Positions 9,179-19,016 of a stretch of DNA of 48,327 nucleotides are shown here, in pieces (position 1 is the first letter of the stretch; every line of letters begins with the position of its first letter). Source of the stretch: Gemmatimonadaceae bacterium (GTDB lineage: Bacteria; Gemmatimonadota; Gemmatimonadetes; Gemmatimonadales; Gemmatimonadaceae); contig JBKJKH010000651.1 in NCBI GenBank assembly GCA_046597595.1, forward strand, positions 1 to 48,327, given 5' to 3'. The notes beneath the pieces are model-generated. The model searched no databases. It had not been told where the DNA came from and saw only the letters and a program-made list of their open reading frames with translations. The translations under genes were made by a program, and so were the position numbers.

Positions 9179-11119
9179 ATGTGCGGCATTTCAGGAATTC
9201 TCGATACACGAGGCGCTCCCGTGCCTGGGCTGCGCCGCGGCCTCGCCGTTGCCAACCACTTGTTACGGCACCGTGGGCCGGACGGTGAGGGTACGTGGGT
9301 GCACGAGCGCATGCATGTCGGATTCGGCCACCGCCGCCTGAGCATCATCGACTTGAGTACCGGCGACCAGCCCATGACCGATGGTCACGGCAATTGGATC
9401 GCGTATAACGGGGAGATCTACAACTACATCGAGTTGCGCCAGGAACTCGGTCTGGAAAAGTTCCGGACCACGTCCGACACCGAAGTCATCCTGCACGCCT
9501 ACCGGAAGTGGGGCGAGGCATGTGTGCAGAAGCTGCGCGGGATGTTCGCGTTCGCGATCTGGGATGAAGCGCACCAACGCCTCTTTTGCGCGCGTGATCG
9601 GATGGGCATCAAGCCGTTCTACTACACGCAGGTTGGCGACGTGCTGTATTTCGCATCCGAGGTCAAGGCCCTCGCGCCATTCCTGAAAAGCATCGAGACC
9701 GATCTCGACGGTTTCAAGGATTACCTCACCTTTCAGTTCTGCCTCCAGGGCAAGACCCTGTTCCGCGATGTGCGTGAACTGCTCCCCGGACACACGCTCA
9801 TTGCACAGAAGGGGTGCCTGGAGACGAAGCGGTATTGGGAGGTCTATTACGACCTCGACTGGGATCATGCATCACGCTACTTCGAGGAGAAGCTCGAGTC
9901 ATTGTTGGCGGAATCGGTGGAGCTGCATCTCCGCAGCGACGTGCCGCTCGGCGCGTACGTGAGCGGCGGTCTCGACTCGAGCATCATCGCCACGATGGCG
10001 AACGGGAAGTCAGGTGGAAACCTGCTGGGCTTCACGGGACGGTTCCCGAATGGCCCGGAATACGACGAGAGCGCACATGCCCGCGCCGTGGCGGCGCATG
10101 CGGGGTTTACGCTCCACGAGATCGAGATCACCGCCGCGGACTTCATGGCGAACATTCGCAAGGTCATCTACCATCTCGATTATCCGGCGGCGGGTCCAGG
10201 TTCCTTTCCGCAGTACATGGTGTCGCAGCTCGCCAGCGGCCACCGCAAGGTGCTGCTGGGCGGCCAGGGTGGAGACGAGGTCTTTGGCGGATACACGCGC
10301 TACCTGGTGGCGTATTTTGAACAGTGTATCAAGTCAGCGATCGATGGCACTCAGCACAATGGCAACTTCGTCGTCACCTACGAGTCGATCATTCCGCAGC
10401 TGACCGCACTGCGCAATTACAAGCCGATGCTCCAGGAGTTCTGGCGCAGCGGTCTCTTCTCGGAGATGGACCGGCGGTACTTCCGGCTGGTGAATCGCGC
10501 GCCGAACCTCGGAGAGGAGATCCGCTGGGAGCGCTTGAGCGACTATGAGCCGTTCGACGCGTATTCAGAGATTTTCAACGGACACAACGTGCGCAAGGAA
10601 TCGTATTTCGACCTCATGACGCACTTTGATTTCAAGACGCTGCTGCCCGCGCTGCTGCAGGTGGAAGATCGCGTCAGTATGGCGCATGGGCTCGAATCGC
10701 GCGTTCCGCTGCTCGACCATCCACTGGTGGAGTTTGCGGCCACGATTCCGGCGAACGTGAAGTTCGCCAATGGACACCTGAAGCATCTGTTGAAGACGAC
10801 CCTGGGCCGCGTGCTTCCAGAGAGCGTGGCGCAACGCACGGACAAAATGGGATTCCCCACACCACTCACGGAGTGGGTACGCGGGCCCGCGCGCGAGTTC
10901 GTGAACGACATCTTCCTGTCGGAGCGCGCGCTCACGCGCGACCTCGTGGACAACGCGACGGTTGCAAAGGCGATCGACAAGGAGCCGAAATTCGGCCGCA
11001 ACACGTGGGGCCTGCTGTCGCTTGAACTGTGGCAGCAGGAGTTTCATGATCGGCAATCGGAGTTCCGCGCAATGGCGCAGGACTCCGCGTCCATTCCAAT
11101 TGGAGCACACGAACAGTGA
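9179..11119 (+). CDS. AsnB-family glutamine-hydrolysing amidotransferase (paralogue 3)
   Basis: MCGISGIL, HRGPDGEG, HRRLSIIDLS, YNGEIYNY, SDTEV, PP-loop VSGGLDSSIIA, GGQGGDE, VEDRVSMAHGLESRVPLLDH, DKMGFPTPL. 646 aa. Confidence 0.92.
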   Translation: MCGISGILDTRGAPVPGLRRGLAVANHLLRHRGPDGEGTWVHERMHVGFGHRRLSIIDLSTGDQPMTDGHGNWIAYNGEIYNYIELRQELGLEKFRTTSDTEVILHAYRKWGEACVQKLRGMFAFAIWDEAHQRLFCARDRMGIKPFYYTQVGDVLYFASEVKALAPFLKSIETDLDGFKDYLTFQFCLQGKTLFRDVRELLPGHTLIAQKGCLETKRYWEVYYDLDWDHASRYFEEKLESLLAESVELHLRSDVPLGAYVSGGLDSSIIATMANGKSGGNLLGFTGRFPNGPEYDESAHARAVAAHAGFTLHEIEITAADFMANIRKVIYHLDYPAAGPGSFPQYMVSQLASGHRKVLLGGQGGDEVFGGYTRYLVAYFEQCIKSAIDGTQHNGNFVVTYESIIPQLTALRNYKPMLQEFWRSGLFSEMDRRYFRLVNRAPNLGEEIRWERLSDYEPFDAYSEIFNGHNVRKESYFDLMTHFDFKTLLPALLQVEDRVSMAHGLESRVPLLDHPLVEFAATIPANVKFANGHLKHLLKTTLGRVLPESVAQRTDKMGFPTPLTEWVRGPAREFVNDIFLSERALTRDLVDNATVAKAIDKEPKFGRNTWGLLSLELWQQEFHDRQSEFRAMAQDSASIPIGAHEQ

Positions 11120-12051
11120 AAGTTTTGATCACCGGAGGTGCGGGCTTCATCGGCTCGCACCTGGCTGACCGCCTTCTGGCGCGCGGCGATGAAGTGCTCG
11201 TCATCGACAACTATGCAACCGGCCGGCGCGACAACCTCAAGGCGCAGGCAGCGCTGAAGGTCGTAGAGGGCACTATCGCTGACCGCGATCTCGTCGATCG
11301 CACCTTCAGCGAGTTCAAGCCCGACTTCGTTGTCCACGCTGCCGCCTCGTACAAGGACCCGGAAAACTGGGTGGAAGACACGGCCACCAACGTGCTCGGC
11401 AGTGCGAACATCGCGCGCGCCACGAAAGCCGTGGAAGCCAGGCGCCTTATCTATTTCCAGACCGCCCTGTGCTACGGACTGCATCCGTTGGAGCAGCCGA
11501 TCACGCTCAGTCATCCGCTGCGCGCCGACGGCTCGAGCTACGCGATCTCCAAGACGGCCGGCGAGAGTTACGTGGCGCTTGGCGGCACGGAGTTCCTGTC
11601 GTTCCGCCTCGCGAATGCCTACGGACCACGGAACCTGAGCGGTCCGCTTCCCACATTCTTCCAGCGCCTGAGCGAAGACAAGAAGTGCTTCGCGATGAAT
11701 ACGCGCCGCGACTTCATCTACGTCCAGGACCTCGTCGATGTGGTGGAGCGCGCGATCGACGGGCAGGGCAGCCAGGGGTACTATCACATATCGACTGGTG
11801 GCGATTATTCCATCAAGGAGTTGTACGACGAAACGATCGATGCGATGAGCCTGCAGCATCTGCCGCCCGTTGAAGTCCGCGAGCGGCTTCCCGATGACGT
11901 CTTTTCCATCCTGCTCGATCCGAGCAAGACGGAACAGGACTTCCGCTGGAAGGCGAAGACTCCGCTCAAGGAAGGGGTGGCGAAGGCGATCGCGTACTAC
12001 CGGCAGTCCGGCATCGGCCAGACCTTCACGCATCTCAAGCAGAACGATTGA
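11116..12051 (+). CDS. NAD-dependent epimerase/dehydratase (extended SDR)
   Basis: GTG start overlaps the upstream stop (GTGA). MKVLITGGAGFIGSHLADRLL, YAISKTAGE (YxxxK), RDFIYVQDLV. Confidence 0.85.
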   Translation: MKVLITGGAGFIGSHLADRLLARGDEVLVIDNYATGRRDNLKAQAALKVVEGTIADRDLVDRTFSEFKPDFVVHAAASYKDPENWVEDTATNVLGSANIARATKAVEARRLIYFQTALCYGLHPLEQPITLSHPLRADGSSYAISKTAGESYVALGGTEFLSFRLANAYGPRNLSGPLPTFFQRLSEDKKCFAMNTRRDFIYVQDLVDVVERAIDGQGSQGYYHISTGGDYSIKELYDETIDAMSLQHLPPVEVRERLPDDVFSILLDPSKTEQDFRWKAKTPLKEGVAKAIAYYRQSGIGQTFTHLKQND

Positions 12052-13136
12052 TGCGCGTTCCCGAAGAATTCGCCGCGACATCGATCCTGGTCACTGGCGG
12101 CGCCGGATTCGTGGGCAGCAACCTGGTGCGGTTGCTGCTCGACGCCGGGGCGGCACGCGTCCGGATCGTGGACAATCTGCTGTCCGCCGAGCGCGCGAAT
12201 GTGCCGACGGACGCGCGGGTGGAATTCACGGAGGGCTCCATTGCCGATGATGCCGTCGTGGCGTCGGTCGGCGACGAATTTGACTACGTGTTTCACCTCA
12301 GCACGTATCACGGCAACCAGAGTTCGATGGCGGATCCGCTCGCCGACCACGAACACAACCAGTTGACCACGCTCAAACTGCTCGAGCGCGTGAAAGACTT
12401 CAAAGCGCTGAAAAAGCTGGTGTACTCCGGCGCTGGATGTGCTGTGGCCGCCAAGACGTATGAGGACGCAGCGGCGACTGGTGAGGATGCACCGATCTCC
12501 CTGGAGATGGATAGTCCCTATTCGATCTCCAAGATCGTCGGCGAGTTTTACGCGCTCTACTACTACAACCGGCACAAGGTGCCGACTGTGCGCGCGCGGT
12601 TCCAGAATGTCTTCGGCCCCGGCGAAATCCTTGGCGCGGGACGCTGGCGGGGGACACCCGCGACGGTCTGGCGAAACGTTACCCCTACGTTCATCTACAA
12701 GGCGCTTCAGGGCGAGTCGCTTCCGCTCGAGGCGGAAGGAAAGTCCTCGCGCGATTTCATCTTTGTCGAGGATATCTGCCGGGGATTGATGGCGTGCGCC
12801 CTGAAGGGCAGCGCGGGCGAGGTATACAACATCGCCTCCGGTGCGGAGACGACAATCGCCGAGCTTGCGCTCGCAATCAACGCGCTCACGGGCAACCACA
12901 CTGCCGTGACGATGCTCCCCCGCCGTGACTGGGACAATTCCGGAAAGCGATTCGGCAGTCCAGACAAGGCACGGAAGGAGTTGGGATTCGAGGCGTCCGT
13001 CGCCTGGAGTGAGGGCCTTCGGCGCACCGTCGAGTGGACGCAGGCGAATCTCCCCATGATTGAAGCGTCGATGCAGAAGCACGAGGCACAGATGCGCGCG
13101 GCCGGCGCGCCGCTGCGGTCGACACAGAACGCCTGA
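12051..13136 (+). CDS. NAD-dependent epimerase/dehydratase (extended SDR), atypical Ser region
   Basis: ATG 12051 overlaps the upstream TGA by 1 nt (the listed ORF begins at TTG 12048). ILVTGGAGFVGSNLVRLLL, YSISKIVGE (YxxxK), SRDFIFVEDI. The usual SSxxVYG is replaced by YSGAGCAV. Confidence 0.8.
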   Translation: MRVPEEFAATSILVTGGAGFVGSNLVRLLLDAGAARVRIVDNLLSAERANVPTDARVEFTEGSIADDAVVASVGDEFDYVFHLSTYHGNQSSMADPLADHEHNQLTTLKLLERVKDFKALKKLVYSGAGCAVAAKTYEDAAATGEDAPISLEMDSPYSISKIVGEFYALYYYNRHKVPTVRARFQNVFGPGEILGAGRWRGTPATVWRNVTPTFIYKALQGESLPLEAEGKSSRDFIFVEDICRGLMACALKGSAGEVYNIASGAETTIAELALAINALTGNHTAVTMLPRRDWDNSGKRFGSPDKARKELGFEASVAWSEGLRRTVEWTQANLPMIEASMQKHEAQMRAAGAPLRSTQNA

Positions 13137-13144
13137 CCGAAACG

Positions 13145-14473
13145 GTGGCCGACGTCCTGGTGGTGTACCACAACGACCGTCTCCCGTGGCGGGCGACGAT
13201 ACGCGATCATCTGTTCTCCTTCGGTCGCTACGGCGCGCACACCGTCTCGTACTGGAATCTCGCTGTCCCCGACGCGCCCGGATACCTGCGCCGCCACCGG
13301 TTCGACGTCGTCATATTCCACACAATCTTTCTTTCGGCGCGATGGACCCCTGCGTTCTTCGCTGAACTTGCCGAGCGAGTGCGGTGGTTGGCGTCCGTGG
13401 ATGCAGTGAAGGTTGCGCTGCCGCAGGATGAGTTTATTCACACCGATGTTCTCTGCGATTTCATCAACGCCATGGGCATCGACGTTGTGGGCTCCGTCGC
13501 GCCCCCGTCTGAATGGGACAAGATCTACAAGACAGTCGACCGCTCACGGACACGGTTTATCGAATTGCTGACCGGCTATCTCGATGAAGACACACTGGCA
13601 ACCATCGAGACTCTCGCAAGCGAGGACACGGAGCGTCCGGTGGATGTTTGCTATCGCGCCTGGCGCGCTGAACCGTGGCTGGGGAGGCATGGCTTCCTGA
13701 AAACGAGGATCGCCGACGTCTTTGCACTGGAGTGCGCAGCACGGGGCATCCGGGCTGACATTTCAACTTCGCCCGACGATGTCGTGATGGGCGATGCATG
13801 GTTCCGTTTTCTGCTCCGCAGCCGGTACACCATCGGCGTGGAGGGCGGCGCGAGCATGCTCGACCACGATGGAACGCTGCGGGCGACCACGAACGCCTAT
13901 ACGGCCGCCCATCCCGATGCGAGCTTCGACGAAGTGGAGGCCGCATGCTTTCCAGGACGCGACGGCGAGCTGAAGCTTTTTGCCATCTCTCCGCGCCATC
14001 TCGAGGCCGCGGCCACCCGCACCTGTCAGGTCCTGGTGGAGGGGCGGTACTCAGGTCTGCTCATGCCGGGACGGCACTTCATCGAGCTGAAGTCGGACCT
14101 CTCGAATCTGGATAGTGTTCTCAAGTCGCTGGGCGACGAACAGGCTCGCGCGGCGATGGTCGATCGGGCGTACAAGGAAGTGGCGTTGGCGCCGGCGGCA
14201 TCATACCGCGGGTTTGTCGAGGCCGTGCTCGGTGCTGCCCTGTCACACACTGCGCGGGGACCGGCGGTGTCGCTGGCTGGCCGGCTTGTGCGCGGGCGAC
14301 TCACGTTCACGGAGCACATGATCGAGCGAACGCGGGCGTGGAGGGCACTCCGCATGGTGCCGCCATCGTACCGGCTTCCGACACTGGCGTGGAGTATCGG
14401 GCGGGCGTGGGTCGCGGAAATGACACGACCGGCGCGCAAAGGCGTACGCCGGATGTTGGGCTCGGGCACATGA
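13145..14473 (+). CDS. CgeB-like / Glyco_trans_1_2-type putative glycosyltransferase (paralogue of 17718-19016)
   Basis: GTG start. C-terminal ISPRHLEAAATRTCQVLVEGRYSGLLMPGRHFIELKSDLSNLDSVLKSL resembles the CgeB-family xRxFEa...G......h......d...l pattern. Clearly alignable with the 17718-19016 product (VSPRHFEAPAFRCCQVLFEGEYSGILRPLEHYIPLQKNYSNFEDVLGLL). Confidence 0.5.
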   Translation: MADVLVVYHNDRLPWRATIRDHLFSFGRYGAHTVSYWNLAVPDAPGYLRRHRFDVVIFHTIFLSARWTPAFFAELAERVRWLASVDAVKVALPQDEFIHTDVLCDFINAMGIDVVGSVAPPSEWDKIYKTVDRSRTRFIELLTGYLDEDTLATIETLASEDTERPVDVCYRAWRAEPWLGRHGFLKTRIADVFALECAARGIRADISTSPDDVVMGDAWFRFLLRSRYTIGVEGGASMLDHDGTLRATTNAYTAAHPDASFDEVEAACFPGRDGELKLFAISPRHLEAAATRTCQVLVEGRYSGLLMPGRHFIELKSDLSNLDSVLKSLGDEQARAAMVDRAYKEVALAPAASYRGFVEAVLGAALSHTARGPAVSLAGRLVRGRLTFTEHMIERTRAWRALRMVPPSYRLPTLAWSIGRAWVAEMTRPARKGVRRMLGSGT

Positions 14474-14492
14474 TACGCGGGAGCTGACAGGA

Positions 14493-16463
14493 ATGTGTGG
14501 GATTGCGGGGTTCATTGCACCGAAGGGAGCACGGCCGGGCGAGCTGGCAGCGATGGCTGACGCCATGCGTCATCGCGGCCCGAACGGGTTCGGCTACGCC
14601 GTCGCGAAAGTGGATTCGCCGGCGCAGGTGGTGCACGGCCGTGCGCTGACGGCTGGCGAGGAGGCTGGAGCTGCAGTCGGCTTCGCGCACCGTCGTCTGT
14701 CGATCTTCGATCTCTCCGAGGCGGGCGCGCAGCCGATGGCCGATGCCGCGAGGGAGCTTGTGCTCTGTTACAACGGCGAGATCTACAACTGGCTCGAGCT
14801 GCGTGAAGAACTGCGCACACTCGGCCACCAGTTCCACACGGAGAGCGACACGGAAGTCGTGCTGAGGGCGTACGAGCAATGGGGAGTCGAGTGCACGCGT
14901 CGGCTCAGCGGCATGTGGGCCTTTGCGCTGCTCGACCGGCGCCGCGGCGTCGTGATGCTCTCGCGTGACCGATTCGGCATCAAGCCGCTGTACCTCGCCG
15001 AAGTTGGCGGCACGCTCTATTTCGCCTCGGAGATCAAGGCCCTGCTGGCGCTGCCCGGAATACCTCGCGCGCCACATGCGCCGACGATGGCGCGCTTTCT
15101 GGCCAACGGGCTGGTGGACATTACCCATCAGACATTTTTCGAGGGAATCCGGCAGTTTCCCGCCGCGCACTCGGCCCTGGTGACAGCGTGGCGTGGAAGT
15201 CCCGAGGTTCGGCCCACAGCCTATTGGGATTTTCCGCAGGAGCCGTTCGAAGGGAGTGCGGATGCGGCGGTGGCTCGGTTCCGCGACTTGTTCCTCGAGT
15301 CTGTGCGCTCCCATTCGCACGCTGACGTGCCCGTCGGTACGTGCCTGAGCGGGGGGCTGGATTCGTCGGCGATCGTCTCTGCCGCTGCGACTTTTCGCGG
15401 GGCGGGGGACATGTCGAATTACAAGCATGTCGCCTTCGGCTATTGCGCCTCAGATCCGCAGTTTTCGGAGAAGCATTACATGGACGTCGTCGTGAAGGCG
15501 ACCGGCGCCGACATGCATTACGTCACGTGCAGCGACGATCGTTTCCTCGAAGTGCTCGGTGGGATCGTGCAGGGACAGGACGAGCCGTTCGGATCGGCCA
15601 GCATCGTCGTGCAGTGGCTGGTGTTCGAGGCAGCGAAAGCGCAGGGCATCACGGTGATGCTGGACGGGCAGGGTGCCGATGAAGTGCTGGGAGGCTATCA
15701 CCACTTCCTGCGCACGCTCGCGCTGCACCACCTGCATCAGCGCCGATTCGGACGTTTCCTCGGGCTCCGGAACGCGCATGAGCGTGAGCTTGGTCCACTG
15801 GGAATCTCGCTCAAGGGCGCGCTTCACGTTGCGGCGCCCGATTTTCTCCGCCGCGCCGCGCGCGCGCTGCTGGGATCGCACGGAAGTCCGGGCACGGCGG
15901 CGACGTCCCTGTCGCTTTCGCCAACGACACGCGAGTTGAAGTCCGCATTCGTGCCTGAGTCCTATGGAACCCTGGATGATGACCTCAATGCCACTCTCCG
16001 CCGCTACGTGAGCTCGATCTGCCTTCCCGCACTCCTGCGCTACGAAGACCGTAACTCGATGGCCCACTCCATCGAGGCGCGCGTGCCATTCCTGGATCAC
16101 CGCATCGTCGATCATGCGTTTTCGCTCCCGGGCCATTTCAAGATCCGCGGCGCGACGACCAAGTACCTGATGCGAGAAGGGCTGCGGGGCATTCTTCCCG
16201 AGCCGATTCGCACGCGGCGCGACAAGATCGGATTCAAGGCAACGCCGTCGCTGACGTTCGACTTCGCCAGCCGGGCGGCGAGCGCTTTGATCGAGAACCA
16301 GACTGCCGAGGAGCGGGAGTGGTTCGATCCCGCGGGCGTGCGCGCACTGCTGGCCTCGCCGCGCTCGACCGAGTCGGAACTCGCAATCTGGCGCGTCGTC
16401 AACGCCAAACTCTGGCTGCGAGAAGTCTGTGCCGCGCCGGCCGCACGAACCGTAGCCGCGTGA
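14493..16463 (+). CDS. AsnB-family glutamine-hydrolysing amidotransferase (paralogue 4)
   Basis: MCGIAGFI, HRGPNG, HRRLSIFDLS, YNGEIYNW, SDTEV, PP-loop LSGGLDSSAIV, DEPFGSAS, DGQGADE, YEDRNSMAHSIEARVPFLDH, DKIGFKATP. 656 aa. Confidence 0.92.
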   Translation: MCGIAGFIAPKGARPGELAAMADAMRHRGPNGFGYAVAKVDSPAQVVHGRALTAGEEAGAAVGFAHRRLSIFDLSEAGAQPMADAARELVLCYNGEIYNWLELREELRTLGHQFHTESDTEVVLRAYEQWGVECTRRLSGMWAFALLDRRRGVVMLSRDRFGIKPLYLAEVGGTLYFASEIKALLALPGIPRAPHAPTMARFLANGLVDITHQTFFEGIRQFPAAHSALVTAWRGSPEVRPTAYWDFPQEPFEGSADAAVARFRDLFLESVRSHSHADVPVGTCLSGGLDSSAIVSAAATFRGAGDMSNYKHVAFGYCASDPQFSEKHYMDVVVKATGADMHYVTCSDDRFLEVLGGIVQGQDEPFGSASIVVQWLVFEAAKAQGITVMLDGQGADEVLGGYHHFLRTLALHHLHQRRFGRFLGLRNAHERELGPLGISLKGALHVAAPDFLRRAARALLGSHGSPGTAATSLSLSPTTRELKSAFVPESYGTLDDDLNATLRRYVSSICLPALLRYEDRNSMAHSIEARVPFLDHRIVDHAFSLPGHFKIRGATTKYLMREGLRGILPEPIRTRRDKIGFKATPSLTFDFASRAASALIENQTAEEREWFDPAGVRALLASPRSTESELAIWRVVNAKLWLREVCAAPAARTVAA

Positions 16464-17701
16464 GCGTCGCTCGTCCCGTCATCCTTGTTCTCGCGTTCTC
16501 CGATCTCGCTCGGGATCCGCGCGTCAATCGCCAGATCCGCTTTCTCGCCGACGATTACCGCGTGATTGCGTCGGGGTTCGGTGACCCGGGGATCCCCGGC
16601 GTCGAGTTCATTCGTGTGTCATGGCCGTACATCCCGCCGTTGCCCAACATGACCTCGCTACAGCGAGCGATGTGGTATGCGGCGCGAATCCGAAACGTCG
16701 GGCGTCGTGCGAAACGGACGTGGAAGGATCTCAAGACATTCATCCCATTCGCGGCCAGGCGGGCCCGCGCGTTTGAGGAGCGCTATTGGGGTACCGTGCT
16801 CATGGAGGATTGCGTCGCAAAGCTCGGCGGCCTCAAGCCGGACCTGATCATCGCGAATGACCTCGAAACGCTGCCCTTGGCGCTGCGGCTGGCGCGTGGT
16901 GCTCCGGTCGTGTACGACGCACACGAGTACGCCCCGCGCGAATACGACAACAGCCTGCTCTTCCGCACGTTCACGGCCCCGTATCGGCGATACCTCACGG
17001 CGCGCTATGCACCGGAGGCCGGGGCCATGACCACCGTCTGTCAGGGCATTGCGGAAGCGTACGAAGCGGATACCGGGGTCCGCCCTTCCGTTGTCACCAA
17101 CGCGCCGGACTACGAGCCATCGCTCTCACCGCGCCTGGTGCACGATGATACGGCGACAATCCGGCTCATCCATCATGGCCTCGCCGCGCCGGTCCGCAGG
17201 ATTGAGAACATGATCCGGATGATGGATTACCTCGACGATCGATTTGAATTGACGCTGATGCTCGTGCCTTCCGTGCATGGCTACCTGCGGCAGCTCGAGC
17301 GCATGGCCGCGGGGAACCCGCGCGTGCGCTTCATTGCGCCCGTTCCAATGCGTGATATCCCGCGCGTGAGTAATGAGTACGACATCGGTCTCTTCCTGCT
17401 GGCGCCGACGAACTTCAACTACCTCCACGCGCTTCCGAACAAGTTCTTCGAGTTCATCCAGGCTCGGCTCGCGGTCGCAGTCGGACCTTCGCCGGAAATG
17501 GCGCGTCTCGTGAGGCAGTACGATCTTGGCGTCGTCTCCGACGAGTTCACTCCGGAGTCGCTGGCCGGACGCCTTGCCTCGCTGCGACATGCGGACATCA
17601 ATACCTACAAGACGCACGCGGATCTTGCCGCGCGCGAACTCTCCGCCGAAAACAACCGGACGGAGTTCCTGCGCTTAGTCCGCGAGCTTGTCGGCAGGTA
17701 G
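16460..17701 (+). CDS. GT4-like glycosyltransferase (DPRV / HEY-motif subtype; paralogue of 39039-40166)
   Basis: GTG 16460 overlaps the AsnB stop (GTGA). VSVARPVILVLAFSDLARDPRVNRQIRFLADDYRV, VVYDAHEYAPREY, C-terminal HALPNKFFEFIQARLAVAVGPSPEM. The listed ORF start 16319 lies inside the upstream gene. Confidence 0.65.
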   Translation: MSVARPVILVLAFSDLARDPRVNRQIRFLADDYRVIASGFGDPGIPGVEFIRVSWPYIPPLPNMTSLQRAMWYAARIRNVGRRAKRTWKDLKTFIPFAARRARAFEERYWGTVLMEDCVAKLGGLKPDLIIANDLETLPLALRLARGAPVVYDAHEYAPREYDNSLLFRTFTAPYRRYLTARYAPEAGAMTTVCQGIAEAYEADTGVRPSVVTNAPDYEPSLSPRLVHDDTATIRLIHHGLAAPVRRIENMIRMMDYLDDRFELTLMLVPSVHGYLRQLERMAAGNPRVRFIAPVPMRDIPRVSNEYDIGLFLLAPTNFNYLHALPNKFFEFIQARLAVAVGPSPEMARLVRQYDLGVVSDEFTPESLAGRLASLRHADINTYKTHADLAARELSAENNRTEFLRLVRELVGR

Positions 17702-17717
17702 GCCGTTCACGCCGCCA

Positions 17718-19016
17718 TTACTTCAGCCGGCGCGCGGCCGAAACTGCGGAGCGAAGCAGCGGCGCGATGATCCCGCGACCTGGGTAATCTCCGTCCAAAG
17801 CGCGACCGTAAAGTTTGTTCAGCGCGACCGCCGCGGTCGCAACACGAAGCGCATTGCGCCGCTCGCGCTGCACCTGCAAGGTGCGGTGCCGTGCGGTACG
17901 GCTCGATTCCATGGCTCGCAGCCCCGCTGCCACGAGTGTCTCGTCAAAGCGCGCGACGAAGCGCCCATAGGAATATTCGCCGGACGCAATCAGGTCGTGA
18001 TGCGCGCGGGCCACGATGTCCGCACGCGCTCTGGGATTATGCAGTAAACCCAGGACGTCCTCGAAATTCGAATAATTCTTCTGGAGAGGGATGTAGTGCT
18101 CCAACGGGCGGAGAATTCCGGAGTATTCACCCTCAAACAATACCTGGCAGCACCGGAAGGCCGGAGCCTCGAAATGGCGCGGGCTCACGACGCGATAGGG
18201 AATCAACTCCTCCCGCTGTTCGAGGACGTCGGCCACGAAGGCATCCTCATCAAAGTCGCCGAGGGCGCGTCGGCGCTCGAGTTCCTGTTCCACCGCGCCG
18301 TCCGCGTCGAAAATCGAAACTCCGGATTCCACGCCGAGTACCGCGCGGCAGTCACCGAGGAATGCGTGCCATTGTGCGCCGTACAAGCGCCCGGCTTCGT
18401 CCAGGCGAATGTCCATCCGGAGGCCGCTCGAGGCGGCGCGCTTCAGGAACTCCTCGCCGATTTCGGACTTCTCCTGCCCGCCGCGTCCCATCCAGCGGGG
18501 GAGTCGGCGACCGCGGTACCCCACGTCGCGCGTGCGCCTGGCGTCAGGTTTCGCGAACCGCGCCGCTGCCCTCAGCAGTGGCGCGCCGACGTAGCCGGTG
18601 ATGGTGTGCTGCAGGACGGGAACACGCGTGTACCGCCCATAGACCTCGGGCCACCAGGTGGGGTCCAGCAACGTCCAGACGCAGTCGAGCTGCTCGTCAT
18701 TGATGAAAGCGAACCGCTGCTGGCAATGCTGATGCTCGTCCTGGAAGAAGGCGGTCTTGTACGCGCCCTCATGCGTCCGGATGAGATCCATGAACGCGTC
18801 GGGAATTGCGTATTGGCGTGTGCCGAAGAGTGACCAGTGCAGCACGATCGCCTGAAAGCGAACAGCGTTCAGGAGAGGCGGAAATCCGAACTCCGTGTTG
18901 ACCGAAGTGACGGCGAACGACGAATGCTCAGCGATCGCGTCGACATGTTCGCGGATCGTGCTCGCGTCACCGCGAGCGCTCACGTGGTACAGCAGCAGGA
19001 TATCCGCCGGCTTCAC
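17718..19016 (-). CDS. CgeB-like / Glyco_trans_1_2-type putative glycosyltransferase (paralogue of 13145-14473)
   Basis: See 13145-14473. MKPADILLLYH aligns with MADVLVVYHN at the N-termini, and the C-terminal SPRHFEA block is shared. Last gene of the long minus-strand train. Confidence 0.5.
   Translation of the reverse strand: MKPADILLLYHVSARGDASTIREHVDAIAEHSSFAVTSVNTEFGFPPLLNAVRFQAIVLHWSLFGTRQYAIPDAFMDLIRTHEGAYKTAFFQDEHQHCQQRFAFINDEQLDCVWTLLDPTWWPEVYGRYTRVPVLQHTITGYVGAPLLRAAARFAKPDARRTRDVGYRGRRLPRWMGRGGQEKSEIGEEFLKRAASSGLRMDIRLDEAGRLYGAQWHAFLGDCRAVLGVESGVSIFDADGAVEQELERRRALGDFDEDAFVADVLEQREELIPYRVVSPRHFEAPAFRCCQVLFEGEYSGILRPLEHYIPLQKNYSNFEDVLGLLHNPRARADIVARAHHDLIASGEYSYGRFVARFDETLVAAGLRAMESSRTARHRTLQVQRERRNALRVATAAVALNKLYGRALDGDYPGRGIIAPLLRSAVSAARRLK

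Noticed and set aside
16319-16459. N-terminal extensions suggested by the ORF track (16319 for the GT4-like gene; likewise 1384-1422, 3676-3750, 20774-20911, 34266-34424, 42720-42776, 45208-45393)
   Set aside because: The extensions run into the preceding gene or promoter gap and are Arg-rich. Family-typical N-termini begin at internal ATG/GTG codons, several of which form ATGA/GTGA overlaps with the upstream stop.
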